A stretch of DNA of 64,000 nt from an uncultured Bacteroidales bacterium. GTDB lineage: Bacteria > Bacteroidota > Bacteroidia > Bacteroidales > CAYTAU01. Location: NCBI GenBank assembly GCA_964435855.1, contig CAYTAU010000004.1:15297-79296 (forward strand), written 5' to 3'. The stretch's first letter is position 1. Each line of letters starts with the position of its first letter. The translations under genes were made by a program, and so were the position numbers. The notes under the pieces were generated by a model that made no database searches, was not told the origin of the DNA, and was given only the letters and a program-made list of their open reading frames with translations. Positions 46,864 through 55,762 of the stretch are shown piece by piece.

Positions 46864-49800
46864 TTATTCAATAACAATTTTCTCTCTTATAGTTCCTTTG
46901 TTAGTTTCAACTTTAATAATATAAATTCCCTTGCTTAGTTTAGTAAGGTCAATAGTTTTATTAAATGCTCCGTTAATATTTTCATATTTGTAAACATTAA
47001 TTGTTTTACCCATAATATCGTAAATATTAATTATCATTTTATCCTTAGCAAGTTCACAATTATATTTAATATTTAAATAACCGCTACTTGGATTTGGAAA
47101 AATATTAATTGATGAAACTAATGAAATATCATTAATGCCTGAAGCAGGTTTAACCAAAAGAGTCCATGTCTGATGAACCGTATCTGTTACATCTGTGATC
47201 CAAATATCAAAATATTTGTAACCTGCAGAATCTGCAATGCCATATAAAGTTGCAGTATTATCATCATGATCAGTCAGTGTTGTAAATGATGCAAGTTCAT
47301 CGTATCCAAAAGTTAAAATAGTCCCGCTATTATCTTCTGCTGTAACAAAATAGTTAACTGTATCGCCAACATAAATAAAACTAATAGAAGGCATTGATGT
47401 AAAATATGGAATACCGGATAATACTTCAATTGTAAATGGTTGATTTGTTGAATAAAAACCATTGTCGGCAGTAAGTTCAACATCATGAAATCCTATATGT
47501 CCGAAATTAGGAGTTCCTGATAATATTGCAGTACTGTCTGTTAATTGAGTAAATGTTAGCCATGATGGCAAAATAGCGGCATCGAAATTTATAGCTAATT
47601 GATTTGGGTCTGTAGCAGTAACGTTATATACATAATTTGAATCAACCAGGATAGTTAATGGAGGAATTGATGTAAATACAGGTGCATCAGTAACAGGTAT
47701 TTCTATCCATTTCCAAATTCCTTCTATGGTTTCACTTAGATTAAATCCACCTGCCCATCCGGTAGTATCATCATAAAAATCTACCATAGTGTATTGAATA
47801 GAATCATCAAGCATTGTCCATGTATCTCCATAATCTAAACTATAGGCGGAACCACATTCTGTTGGGTCTTGTGAAACTCCTGTAGATATAATTTTTCCGG
47901 GAACTCCCGGAACTGCAGCCATATCTGATTTATAGTATGGCCCAACAGGATTTACTGTAGTCCATATTTCTCCGCCATCATTTGTTTTCATCATAGCCCA
48001 ACTAATTAATGAACCATTTGTTTGATCGTAAACAGCTGCTATCAAAATTCCATTTGTGTTGTCGTGCATAGATATTTCACTAACATTGTCTTCGCCTGTA
48101 TCAAAAACTGACCAAGTTGCACCTTTATCGGTAGTTTTAAAAACTCTTCCTGTATTTGAACCAAACCATGCTATATCTCCTACAGCATCATATACGGCAG
48201 TCCAGCCCATTTCTCCGCTTTCAGGGTCGGGTATATTTGCTCCGTCAACTAATGTCCATGTTGTGCCTCCATCAGTTGTTGTATAAATTTCAAATTCATT
48301 ATTAATAGGGTCGCCCATACAAAATCCATCATTAGCATTGAAAAAATGAATTACATTGGTAAAACTAGCTGCATCAGTGTACATTGTTGTATCCTGATTT
48401 GTCCAGCTTGTACCGCCGTCAGTAGTTTTGTAAATACCACCACCACCATTTGCATCGTACATTGCTACCCATGCAGTTTGATCATTAATTGCAGAAACAT
48501 TTGCAATATCGTGATTAGTGGCAGCATCAATAAGTCCAGGAACCCATGTGTTTCCTCCATCAATAGTTTTTGCAAAATCTTTAGTCATTGTTCCTGCTGT
48601 ACCATCATAAGTTACTGCCCATGCAGTTAATGGGTCAACAATAGACATATCTAAAATTCCTCTAAATTGAGTAGTAAAACCAGTTGCTTGAGTAAGCCAT
48701 GCACTATTTGCACCCGATGTAGCTCCAACAATAATGAAGTATGTTTTTATTTCTATATCACTATTTGTTCCATCGCTTATTTCCAGTGTTACTGAAAATA
48801 CTCCGGCGATATCATACTGAATAGTTAAAGGGTTTTGATCTGTACTTGTTCCTGGTATTCCTCCTTCAAATGTCCAATCCCAAGAAGTTGGACTTCCTAT
48901 TGAAAGATCTGTGAAATCGACTGTTCCTCCTTCCGGGATAGAAATAGTGCTGGCTTCAAAGTCGGCAGTTAACGGACTTGTAAGCATTGAATCTTGAACA
49001 GCACTTAGAGCAGTAGCAGCATTTATTCTCCCGGCACCAATACTATCAATAAAAGCAGTGTTTAGTGCATCAATATCATCACAAGTAGCTTTCATAATAG
49101 CTGTTAATTCTTCGGGTGTTAGGTTTGGATTTACTGATAACATTAATCCTGCAAGACCTGAAGTTACGGGACATGCCATAGAAGTTCCCTGCATACAATC
49201 ATATTTTCCTGAAATTCCCCAGGATGCTGCTCCACCACCTGCTCCTGTTAGCATACTTAGAACGTCTCCTGCATCGCTGTATGTTGTACTTAAAACTGAA
49301 AATATTCCAGTTTGAGTATCAAATCCTCCGGGAGAGCAAACATCTATCCAAGTTCCGTATTCTGAAAAACTTGATTTTGAATCATCAGAATCTGTAGATG
49401 CAACAGCAATTACATGTTCTAATGCTGCAGGATAACCAACGTAGTTAACAGGTATTGCAGGGTTTTGATTTGTTTCTGCGCCATCACCATTATTTCCTGC
49501 TGCAGCAAGTAAAACGCATCCTTTATTATAAGCATAATTAACGGTATTTTGCATAGTTATAAAAAATTGAGGTGAACCCCACGACATACTAATAACATCT
49601 GCACCATTATCTGCTGCCCAAACTATACCTTCAAATCCTGCTGTCATTGCTTGTCCGTTACCGCCATCTTCTGCAAGTTTAATAGCCATTATGCTAACAT
49701 TATAGCCAATAGACGCTACACCAATACTATTATCTGATTCCGCTGCAATTAAACCAGCACAATGAGTACCATGTGACCAGAGATATTCAGCAACAGGTGG

Positions 49801-50451
49801 ATTTGCATCAGAGTCATCATCTCCAAGATCTGTCTGAATAACAATTTTATTTTGAAGATCGGGATGGTCTGTCCAAATAGCGTTATCTAATACTGCAACT
49901 ACAATGTTTGTATCTCCTTTTGAAATATCCCATGCAGGTTCAGCATTAATAACATCTAAATGCCATCTTGTATTAGCATCGCCAAGCCAGTAATTAACAT
50001 TATTATTTACATAATAGTCATCATTAGGGATATATGATGTATAGTATATTGGAGCATGTTCAGCATACTCAATTAATGGATTATTGCTTAACTCTTTTAT
50101 AAGTTCTTCAACCATATTTATGTTATCAAATGACAATTTATAGGTGTTTTGCAATTTAATGTCATCGGCAGCATAAAAGGATTTTTCAATCTTTTTAATT
50201 TGGTATTTATCTTTTATGTCTTGTAAAAATAGGACATCATCAAGATTGACTTGTTTCCCGTTTGATGGTATGTAAAGATTTTTTTCATCTTTAATTTTAA
50301 AATAAATTTTACCATCCTGAAACCATTTGTTTATTGATTGGGCAAATGAAATGTTTGTTATAAAAACAAATATTAAAACATTAACTAACAGCTTAAAACT
50401 GCTCTTGAAGTAAACTTTTTTCATAGTAGTATTTTTAATAAGGGTTAACAA
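46864..50451 (-). CDS. secreted multidomain subtilisin-like (S8) serine protease with PKD, six-Asp-box beta-propeller, cadherin-like domains and a T9SS C-terminal sorting domain
   Basis: Catalytic triad contexts VAVLDNAIW..HPDL (Asp), HGTHCAGLIAA (His) and GTSMACPVTSGLAGL (Ser). Six S/T-x-D-x-G-x-(T/S/I)-W motifs (TIDGGNTW, TTDGGTSW, TTDGGTTW, TTDKGATW, TNDGGEIW, SLDYGDTW). C-terminal tail IFPNPSSGYLNIKY...KGIYIIKVETNKGTIREKIVIE. Confidence 0.9.
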   Translation of the reverse strand: MLTLIKNTTMKKVYFKSSFKLLVNVLIFVFITNISFAQSINKWFQDGKIYFKIKDEKNLYIPSNGKQVNLDDVLFLQDIKDKYQIKKIEKSFYAADDIKLQNTYKLSFDNINMVEELIKELSNNPLIEYAEHAPIYYTSYIPNDDYYVNNNVNYWLGDANTRWHLDVINAEPAWDISKGDTNIVVAVLDNAIWTDHPDLQNKIVIQTDLGDDDSDANPPVAEYLWSHGTHCAGLIAAESDNSIGVASIGYNVSIMAIKLAEDGGNGQAMTAGFEGIVWAADNGADVISMSWGSPQFFITMQNTVNYAYNKGCVLLAAAGNNGDGAETNQNPAIPVNYVGYPAALEHVIAVASTDSDDSKSSFSEYGTWIDVCSPGGFDTQTGIFSVLSTTYSDAGDVLSMLTGAGGGAASWGISGKYDCMQGTSMACPVTSGLAGLMLSVNPNLTPEELTAIMKATCDDIDALNTAFIDSIGAGRINAATALSAVQDSMLTSPLTADFEASTISIPEGGTVDFTDLSIGSPTSWDWTFEGGIPGTSTDQNPLTIQYDIAGVFSVTLEISDGTNSDIEIKTYFIIVGATSGANSAWLTQATGFTTQFRGILDMSIVDPLTAWAVTYDGTAGTMTKDFAKTIDGGNTWVPGLIDAATNHDIANVSAINDQTAWVAMYDANGGGGIYKTTDGGTSWTNQDTTMYTDAASFTNVIHFFNANDGFCMGDPINNEFEIYTTTDGGTTWTLVDGANIPDPESGEMGWTAVYDAVGDIAWFGSNTGRVFKTTDKGATWSVFDTGEDNVSEISMHDNTNGILIAAVYDQTNGSLISWAMMKTNDGGEIWTTVNPVGPYYKSDMAAVPGVPGKIISTGVSQDPTECGSAYSLDYGDTWTMLDDSIQYTMVDFYDDTTGWAGGFNLSETIEGIWKWIEIPVTDAPVFTSIPPLTILVDSNYVYNVTATDPNQLAINFDAAILPSWLTFTQLTDSTAILSGTPNFGHIGFHDVELTADNGFYSTNQPFTIEVLSGIPYFTSMPSISFIYVGDTVNYFVTAEDNSGTILTFGYDELASFTTLTDHDDNTATLYGIADSAGYKYFDIWITDVTDTVHQTWTLLVKPASGINDISLVSSINIFPNPSSGYLNIKYNCELAKDKMIINIYDIMGKTINVYKYENINGAFNKTIDLTKLSKGIYIIKVETNKGTIREKIVIE

Positions 50452-50517
50452 TTATTGAATTTCACGAAGTTAAAAAAAAGATTTTAATTAAAAAAGACTT
50501 TTGTTTTAGTTTTAATT

Positions 50518-51837
50518 TTAAACAATCTTTCCTATTAATGTTGCAGATGTGCATTTTTCAACTTTAGCATTTACATAATCACCAATTTTGAAATTTTTCA
50601 TTGGAAAGACTACAACTTTATTTTGTGAATTTCTGCCAAAAAATTCATCGTCAGATTTTTTTGATATTCCTTCAATTAAAACTTCAAAAGTTTTTCCTAT
50701 ATCTTTTTCTTTACTTTCTTTAGATAGCTTGTTTTGTAATAACACAACTTCGCTTAGTCTTTTTGCTTTTATTTCTTCAGGAACGTTATCTTCAAATTTT
50801 CTGGCAGCATAAGTTTTTGGTCTAACAGAATATTTGAACATAAATGATAGATCATACTCAACTTCTTTCATTAGTGATAATGTTTCAAGTTGATCTTTTT
50901 CTGTTTCATCGCAAAATCCAACCATAATATCAGTTGAAATTGAACATTCGGGAACAATTTTCTTTATTGCAGAAACTCTGTCAAGATACCATTCGCGAGT
51001 ATAGCCTCTATTCATTTTATTTAGCACATTGGTGCTTCCTGATTGCACCGGCAAGTGAATGTTTTTACATATATTATTATATTCAGCCATTGCATAAAGC
51101 ACTTCATCAGTCATATCTTTTGGGTGTGAAGTTGAAAATCTAATTCTTAACTTAGGACTAATTTCAGCAACTAATTTAAGTAATTTAGCAAAGTTTAATT
51201 TTTTATTATCAACCCAATTGTATGAATCAACATTTTGCCCTATTAGTATAATTTCTTTATATCCTTCTTTAAATAAATTGCTAGCTTCATTAACAATTGT
51301 TTGAGGATTTCTGCTGCGTTCAACACCTCTTGTGTAGGGTACTATGCAATAAGTACACATATTTTCACAACCTCGCATTATAGAAATAAATGCAGAGATT
51401 TTATTTTTCCTAAGGCGTATTGGATTGATGTCGGCATAAGTTTCTTCATTTGATAAGATCACATTAACAGCCTTTTGTCCTGTTCCTGCTTTTTTAATAA
51501 GTTTTGGCAAACTTCGGTATGCATCCGGTCCTACAATAATGTCTAGCATTTTCTCTTCTTCAAGAAGCTGTTTTTTAAGACGTTCTGCCATACATCCTAT
51601 TATACCTATTAAAATTTCAGGTTTATTTGTTTTTATTGTATTAAAAACCTGTAATCTTCCTCTTATTCTTTGTTCTGCATTTTCGCGTACAGAGCATGTG
51701 TTAACAAGTATTAGATCTGCTTCTTCCATTATATCAGTACTCTGAAAACCATTATTTTTCAAAATTGAAATAACAATTTCGGTATCGGCAATATTCATTT
51801 GACAGCCGTAAGTTTCTATATAAACTTTTTTTGACAT
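50518..51837 (-). CDS. miaB: tRNA-2-methylthio-N6-dimethylallyladenosine synthase
   Basis: KVYIETYGCQMNIADTE, NTCSVRENAE, MRGCENMCTYCIVPYTRG (radical SAM CX3CX2C) and a C-terminal TRAM domain. 439 aa. Confidence 0.92.
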   Translation of the reverse strand: MSKKVYIETYGCQMNIADTEIVISILKNNGFQSTDIMEEADLILVNTCSVRENAEQRIRGRLQVFNTIKTNKPEILIGIIGCMAERLKKQLLEEEKMLDIIVGPDAYRSLPKLIKKAGTGQKAVNVILSNEETYADINPIRLRKNKISAFISIMRGCENMCTYCIVPYTRGVERSRNPQTIVNEASNLFKEGYKEIILIGQNVDSYNWVDNKKLNFAKLLKLVAEISPKLRIRFSTSHPKDMTDEVLYAMAEYNNICKNIHLPVQSGSTNVLNKMNRGYTREWYLDRVSAIKKIVPECSISTDIMVGFCDETEKDQLETLSLMKEVEYDLSFMFKYSVRPKTYAARKFEDNVPEEIKAKRLSEVVLLQNKLSKESKEKDIGKTFEVLIEGISKKSDDEFFGRNSQNKVVVFPMKNFKIGDYVNAKVEKCTSATLIGKIV

Positions 51838-51976
51838 TTTTGTAAAATAATTTTTTGTAAAATTAGAATATTAAGGCTTGTTTTACAAGCATAATATTAA
51901 TAATGATTAACTAAAATACATGTTAATATAATTTATTTTTTTATCTTTGTCTTGTAATTTAAAAAAAAACAATTTT

Positions 51977-52705
51977 ATGAATTGTATTATTATTGATGAT
52001 GATAAGCTTTCGAGAAAAGTTGTTAAGGAGTTTGTTGAAAGAACAGATACATTAAATTTGATTGATTCATATGAAAGTGCGGTTGAAGCAATAAATGCTT
52101 TAGAAAATATTGATGAAAAGATAGAACTTGTATTTTTAGATATAGAAATGCCCGATATGTCAGGTATGGAATTCATGCAAAGTCTTGATGATTATCCTCA
52201 AATAATAATAATTTCTGCAAAAGAAAATTATGCATTAGAGGCATTTGAGTATGATGTTATAGATTATTTATTAAAACCTGTTTCTTATTCAAGGTTTTTT
52301 AAAGCAATTACAAAAGCTATAAAACGCACTAATGAAAGTATTGGATTTCGTTATACACCACAAGGCGTTAATAGTGATGATGAGATATTTATTAAGAAAA
52401 ACTCAACCTTGGTACGTTTAAAATATAATGATATTTTATTTATTGAGGCATTAGAAAATTATATTACAGTAGCTACGTTTGATGAAAAATATACTATACA
52501 TTTTACAATGAAGGCTATTGAGAAAAAATTACCTTTTGTAAAATTTAAAAGAGTACATAGGTCTTACATTGTTAATGTTAATACTATTAAAGGGATTGAG
52601 GATAATTCTGTAATAATTCAACTTAAGAATGGTACAAAACTTATACCTATTGGAAAATCATACAAAGAAAATCTAATGAAAGATTTAAATTTGATAAATA
52701 AATAA
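51977..52705 (+). CDS. LytTR-family two-component response regulator
   Basis: REC (MNCIIIDDD..., VFLDIEMPDMSG, DYLLKP) plus a C-terminal LytTR DNA-binding domain (FIEALENYITV...RVHRSYIVN). I use ATG 51977 rather than TTG 51947. Confidence 0.88.
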   Translation: MNCIIIDDDKLSRKVVKEFVERTDTLNLIDSYESAVEAINALENIDEKIELVFLDIEMPDMSGMEFMQSLDDYPQIIIISAKENYALEAFEYDVIDYLLKPVSYSRFFKAITKAIKRTNESIGFRYTPQGVNSDDEIFIKKNSTLVRLKYNDILFIEALENYITVATFDEKYTIHFTMKAIEKKLPFVKFKRVHRSYIVNVNTIKGIEDNSVIIQLKNGTKLIPIGKSYKENLMKDLNLINK

Positions 52706-52909
52706 TAAGTATGATTGATATTATTATTTAATCCCATACTCCTGACCAACCACAAAATTTATTGTTTTCTTAATTTATTATGAATTATTTTTAATACAGA
52801 TAGATTATTACATCAGTATAAAATTGTATAACATATTGTAAAATCATTTTATAATTATTAAATTCGCAAAGCAATTTTCATTAATTTATTAAGTAAAAAC
52901 TATTAAATT

Positions 52910-53236
52910 ATGCCATTTATTGACCTTGAAAACATTGAAGAAAAAGAAATTGTGCAGGGTTACAATGCTCGTTTTATACATTCCGAAAATATGACAATTG
53001 CACATTGGAATATTAAAAAAGGATGTACATTGCCGGAACATTCGCATATCCACGAACAATTATCGTGTGTTACACAAGGAGATTTTGAATTATGTATTGA
53101 TGGCGAAAAAAAGGTGCTTAATTCGAATAATGTTGCAGTAATACCTGCAAATGCTGTACATTCGGGCATAGCAATTACAGATTGTGTAATTATTGATATT
53201 TTTTATCCGATTAGAGAAGATTATAAAAATAAATAA
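52910..53236 (+). CDS. cupin-domain protein
   Basis: 108 aa. G.TLPEHSHIHEQLSCVTQG...IPANAVHSG matches the two-motif cupin His pattern. Confidence 0.75.
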   Translation: MPFIDLENIEEKEIVQGYNARFIHSENMTIAHWNIKKGCTLPEHSHIHEQLSCVTQGDFELCIDGEKKVLNSNNVAVIPANAVHSGIAITDCVIIDIFYPIREDYKNK

Positions 53237-53263
53237 AATGTTTAACATGTAAATTTTAAAAAT

Positions 53264-54508
53264 ATGAAGTATAAACTATTATCAAACACAGACCTAAAAG
53301 CAATTGATGCTTTGATTGAACACCATGGCGGAGCTAATGAGATTAACAAAGCTATGATGAACATGAGAAATTTTGAAACAAGAAAAAAGATTCTTGCTGA
53401 CAAAGGTTTTGGCGATATGATTGCTGATGCCGAACAACTTATAACAAAGTTCCCAAAAGTGACTGATTTTGAAAATCAAAACAATATTAGTTCTTATAAC
53501 AACAATTTTGGAATTGCCACAAGTCAGGTTTCAGGATTTCAGGGTGCTTATGTAACTCACAATTACATGAAAAAAGTAGCCGAAACAGCACAAACTGCAC
53601 CTGTTTTCACTTCTGCAGAAATGATATCAGTTGTTGCATTCTCTGATTATTATCTATATAGTGGTGACCTTATGGCAACACTTACAATGGCAGAAAATAT
53701 TATGCAAACATCAAAGTTTTGCAGCACAAACTTAATTGGTATTCCACACCCCGAAACAAGATTTGCAGAATTAGAAAAAATAACAGGCAAAACTTTTCAC
53801 AGAAGTGATTTAGGAGAAGGCTTATCAGCGTTAATACTAAAGAATCAAGGTACACCATTTGGAAACTTTGGCGGAATTGAAATCGCCGATGATAATCATT
53901 TATTCTACCTTGATGGTGTTATTCGTGCAGCAAAAGAAAACGGAGCAGATTTTTTCTTAAATCCAAGTTGGAGTTCAATTATTGCAGCATGTTATATGGG
54001 ACGCAATATTCCTGATTTAACATTTAAAATTTCAATGTTACTTGCAACACAAAATTTAATGCAGTTCAGAATGTTGTTAAATATTATGAACGAGTATATC
54101 AGAGAAGATGGAACAAGCCCTCTTTACGAAATAAATATTGGCAATGCAGTTAGCCCTCACAATTTTATTCAGTGTGCAAAAGAATTAGACGAAAGCGGAA
54201 TTAAGGGTATTAGCCTTGCAGCTCATATTCGCATTAATCCTGATCTTGGAATTGAAAATTTCAACTGGACTGAAAATGCTTTTAAAGTTCTTGAAAGCGG
54301 AACAAATATGACTTTCAAATACGAAAGTGATGGAAATGCAAGAGAATTTGATACAATGGGTGCTTATTTTATGCCAGAGGATGAAAGAAAAGAAAATGCA
54401 GAGAAAATAGGAGAAGTTATATATTACAAAGCTCTTCGTGCTACCAACGATGGTAAAGATATGATGAAAAAAGGTATCAAAGCTGTATTTGGTAAAAGTG
54501 CTTATTAA
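53264..54508 (+). CDS. hypothetical protein, family not recognised
   Basis: Clean 414-aa ORF starting 27 nt after the cupin gene and followed by a strong terminator. No signal peptide and no motif I can assign. Confidence 0.75.
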   Translation: MKYKLLSNTDLKAIDALIEHHGGANEINKAMMNMRNFETRKKILADKGFGDMIADAEQLITKFPKVTDFENQNNISSYNNNFGIATSQVSGFQGAYVTHNYMKKVAETAQTAPVFTSAEMISVVAFSDYYLYSGDLMATLTMAENIMQTSKFCSTNLIGIPHPETRFAELEKITGKTFHRSDLGEGLSALILKNQGTPFGNFGGIEIADDNHLFYLDGVIRAAKENGADFFLNPSWSSIIAACYMGRNIPDLTFKISMLLATQNLMQFRMLLNIMNEYIREDGTSPLYEINIGNAVSPHNFIQCAKELDESGIKGISLAAHIRINPDLGIENFNWTENAFKVLESGTNMTFKYESDGNAREFDTMGAYFMPEDERKENAEKIGEVIYYKALRATNDGKDMMKKGIKAVFGKSAY

Positions 54509-54593
54509 TACATACTAAGTATTTATTGACATAAAATAAACAATGAGCAATAAATGAGTTCTAATCATTTTGGTCATTGTTATAAATTAAAAA

Positions 54594-54631
54594 CACCTCA
54601 ATAGATGTAAAATTATTGAGGTATTTTTTTT
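54594..54631. terminator. bidirectional rho-independent terminator
   Basis: CACCTCAATA ... TATTGAGGT hairpin followed by T-rich sequence on the plus strand (ATTTTTTTTATTTTTTT) and GTTTTT on the minus strand. Confidence 0.7.
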
Positions 54632-54646
54632 ATTTTTTTATAAATT

Positions 54647-54838
54647 TTACTTGCAATTAATGCTTGATAAAATATTTTCAACAATCTCTTTCGAGGGTTT
54701 TTGCTCTAATAATTTTAAGCCATCAAATAAAAAATATAAGTCATCATCAATTGAAAATACATCATCGGTATTAATTAAGTCTCCTTCAAAATTTTCAATT
54801 GTATCATACAAATAAATAAAAGTAGAAGTGTTTTCCAT
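54647..54838 (-). CDS. possible small acidic protein (63 aa)
   Basis: ORF MENTSTFIYLYDTIENFEGDLINTDDVFSIDDDLYFLFDGLKLLEQ..., bracketed by a terminator upstream (after the sigma gene) and a bidirectional terminator downstream. There is no homology evidence, so it could be spurious. Confidence 0.35.
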   Translation of the reverse strand: MENTSTFIYLYDTIENFEGDLINTDDVFSIDDDLYFLFDGLKLLEQKPSKEIVENILSSINCK

Positions 54839-54974
54839 TCACAATAATATTTTAAATTGTTTAACATAATTTTAACTCGTTTGATATTATAACGAGCATA
54901 AATATTATTTATTTCATAGTATTTATATTTTTTTAAATAATCGTTTATTTATAATTATTCTTAATAATGTCATA

Positions 54975-55010
54975 TAAATGAAAAAAGTCGAAATTATTAG
55001 TTCCGACTTT
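54975..55010 (-). terminator. terminator after the ECF sigma gene
   Basis: On the minus strand AAAGTCG...CGACTTT forms a 7-bp stem followed by TTTTTTCATTT. Confidence 0.5.
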
Positions 55011-55034
55011 CATTGAGAAATATTTTTATAATAT

Positions 55035-55625
55035 TTAATAATACATTAATGTCATATTATTTTCTTTTACCATTTTTCTCATATTTATCAATGCGTACCT
55101 CATTCTTCCAAGAGCAGTGTTAATACTCACATTGGTTTCTTCTGATATTTCTTTAAAACTCAAGCCGATATAATGTCTTAAAACAACCACTTCTCGTTGT
55201 TCATCAGGCAATTTATTTAATAATTTTTTTACATCATTTTCAATTTGATTCGTTATCAACTCATCTTCAATATTTTTTGAATCACCATTTTTATTGCAAT
55301 AATAATCGAAATCTTTTTCTTCATGAGTATAGGTTTTTGCATTAGAAGCCTTTCTGTAATAATCTATAATTAAATTATGAGCTATTCTAATAACCCATGA
55401 TAAAAACCTGCCATTATCAGTGTATTTTTTCGCTTGCAAGGATTTAATGACTTTCAAAAAAGTATCCTGAAAAATGTCTTCAGCCAGGTCGGGTTTTTTA
55501 ACTGTGATAAGAATATAAGTGTAAACTTTATTCTTGTAACGTTCCATTAGAACTTCGAAGCTCGAATTGTTTCCACCTTGAAACTGCTTTACGAGTTCAT
55601 AATCATCTAGATTACGATAATTCAT
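55035..55625 (-). CDS. ECF-type (sigma-70 family) RNA polymerase sigma factor
   Basis: Region 2 is DIFQDTFLKVIKSL...FLSWVIRIAHNLIIDYYRK. Region 4 is LPDEQREVVVLRHYIGLSFKEISEETNVSINTALGRMRYALINMRK. 196 aa. No anti-sigma gene follows it. Confidence 0.9.
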   Translation of the reverse strand: MNYRNLDDYELVKQFQGGNNSSFEVLMERYKNKVYTYILITVKKPDLAEDIFQDTFLKVIKSLQAKKYTDNGRFLSWVIRIAHNLIIDYYRKASNAKTYTHEEKDFDYYCNKNGDSKNIEDELITNQIENDVKKLLNKLPDEQREVVVLRHYIGLSFKEISEETNVSINTALGRMRYALINMRKMVKENNMTLMYY

Positions 55626-55629
55626 ATTA

Positions 55630-55637
55630 ACCTCCTT
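55630..55637 (-). promoter_or_regulatory. strong Shine-Dalgarno sequence AAGGAGGT upstream of the sigma-factor start
   Basis: The mRNA reads AAATTTAAGGAGGTTAAT-ATG, with 5 nt between GGAGG and the ATG. A second AGGAGG lies at the complement of 55675-55680. I saw no comparable SD at the other gene starts I inspected. Confidence 0.6.
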
Positions 55638-55762
55638 AAATTTGGTTAGCGTAGAATTTTACTCGATAAACAGTCCTCCTAATTTTAAATTGTTACTATC
55701 TTAACGTAAGATATTATTGTTTATTGTATTTTTAACAAATTTTTTTTTGTTAAACAATTTTT

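Noticed and set aside
51907-52176. 89-aa minus-strand ORF overlapping the LytTR regulator start, and the 67-aa ORF at 18821-19024
   Set aside because: They span AT-rich promoter regions and the 5' ends of well-supported genes on the other strand, with Ser/Ile/Phe-rich low-complexity products.
55698-55712. Palindrome ATCTTA-ACG-TAAGAT in the uvrA / sigma divergent region as a possible SOS (LexA) box
   Set aside because: No related sequence upstream of uvrB (22144-22478), no lexA or recA context in the window, and I do not recall a LexA motif of this form. It is left as an unassigned palindrome.
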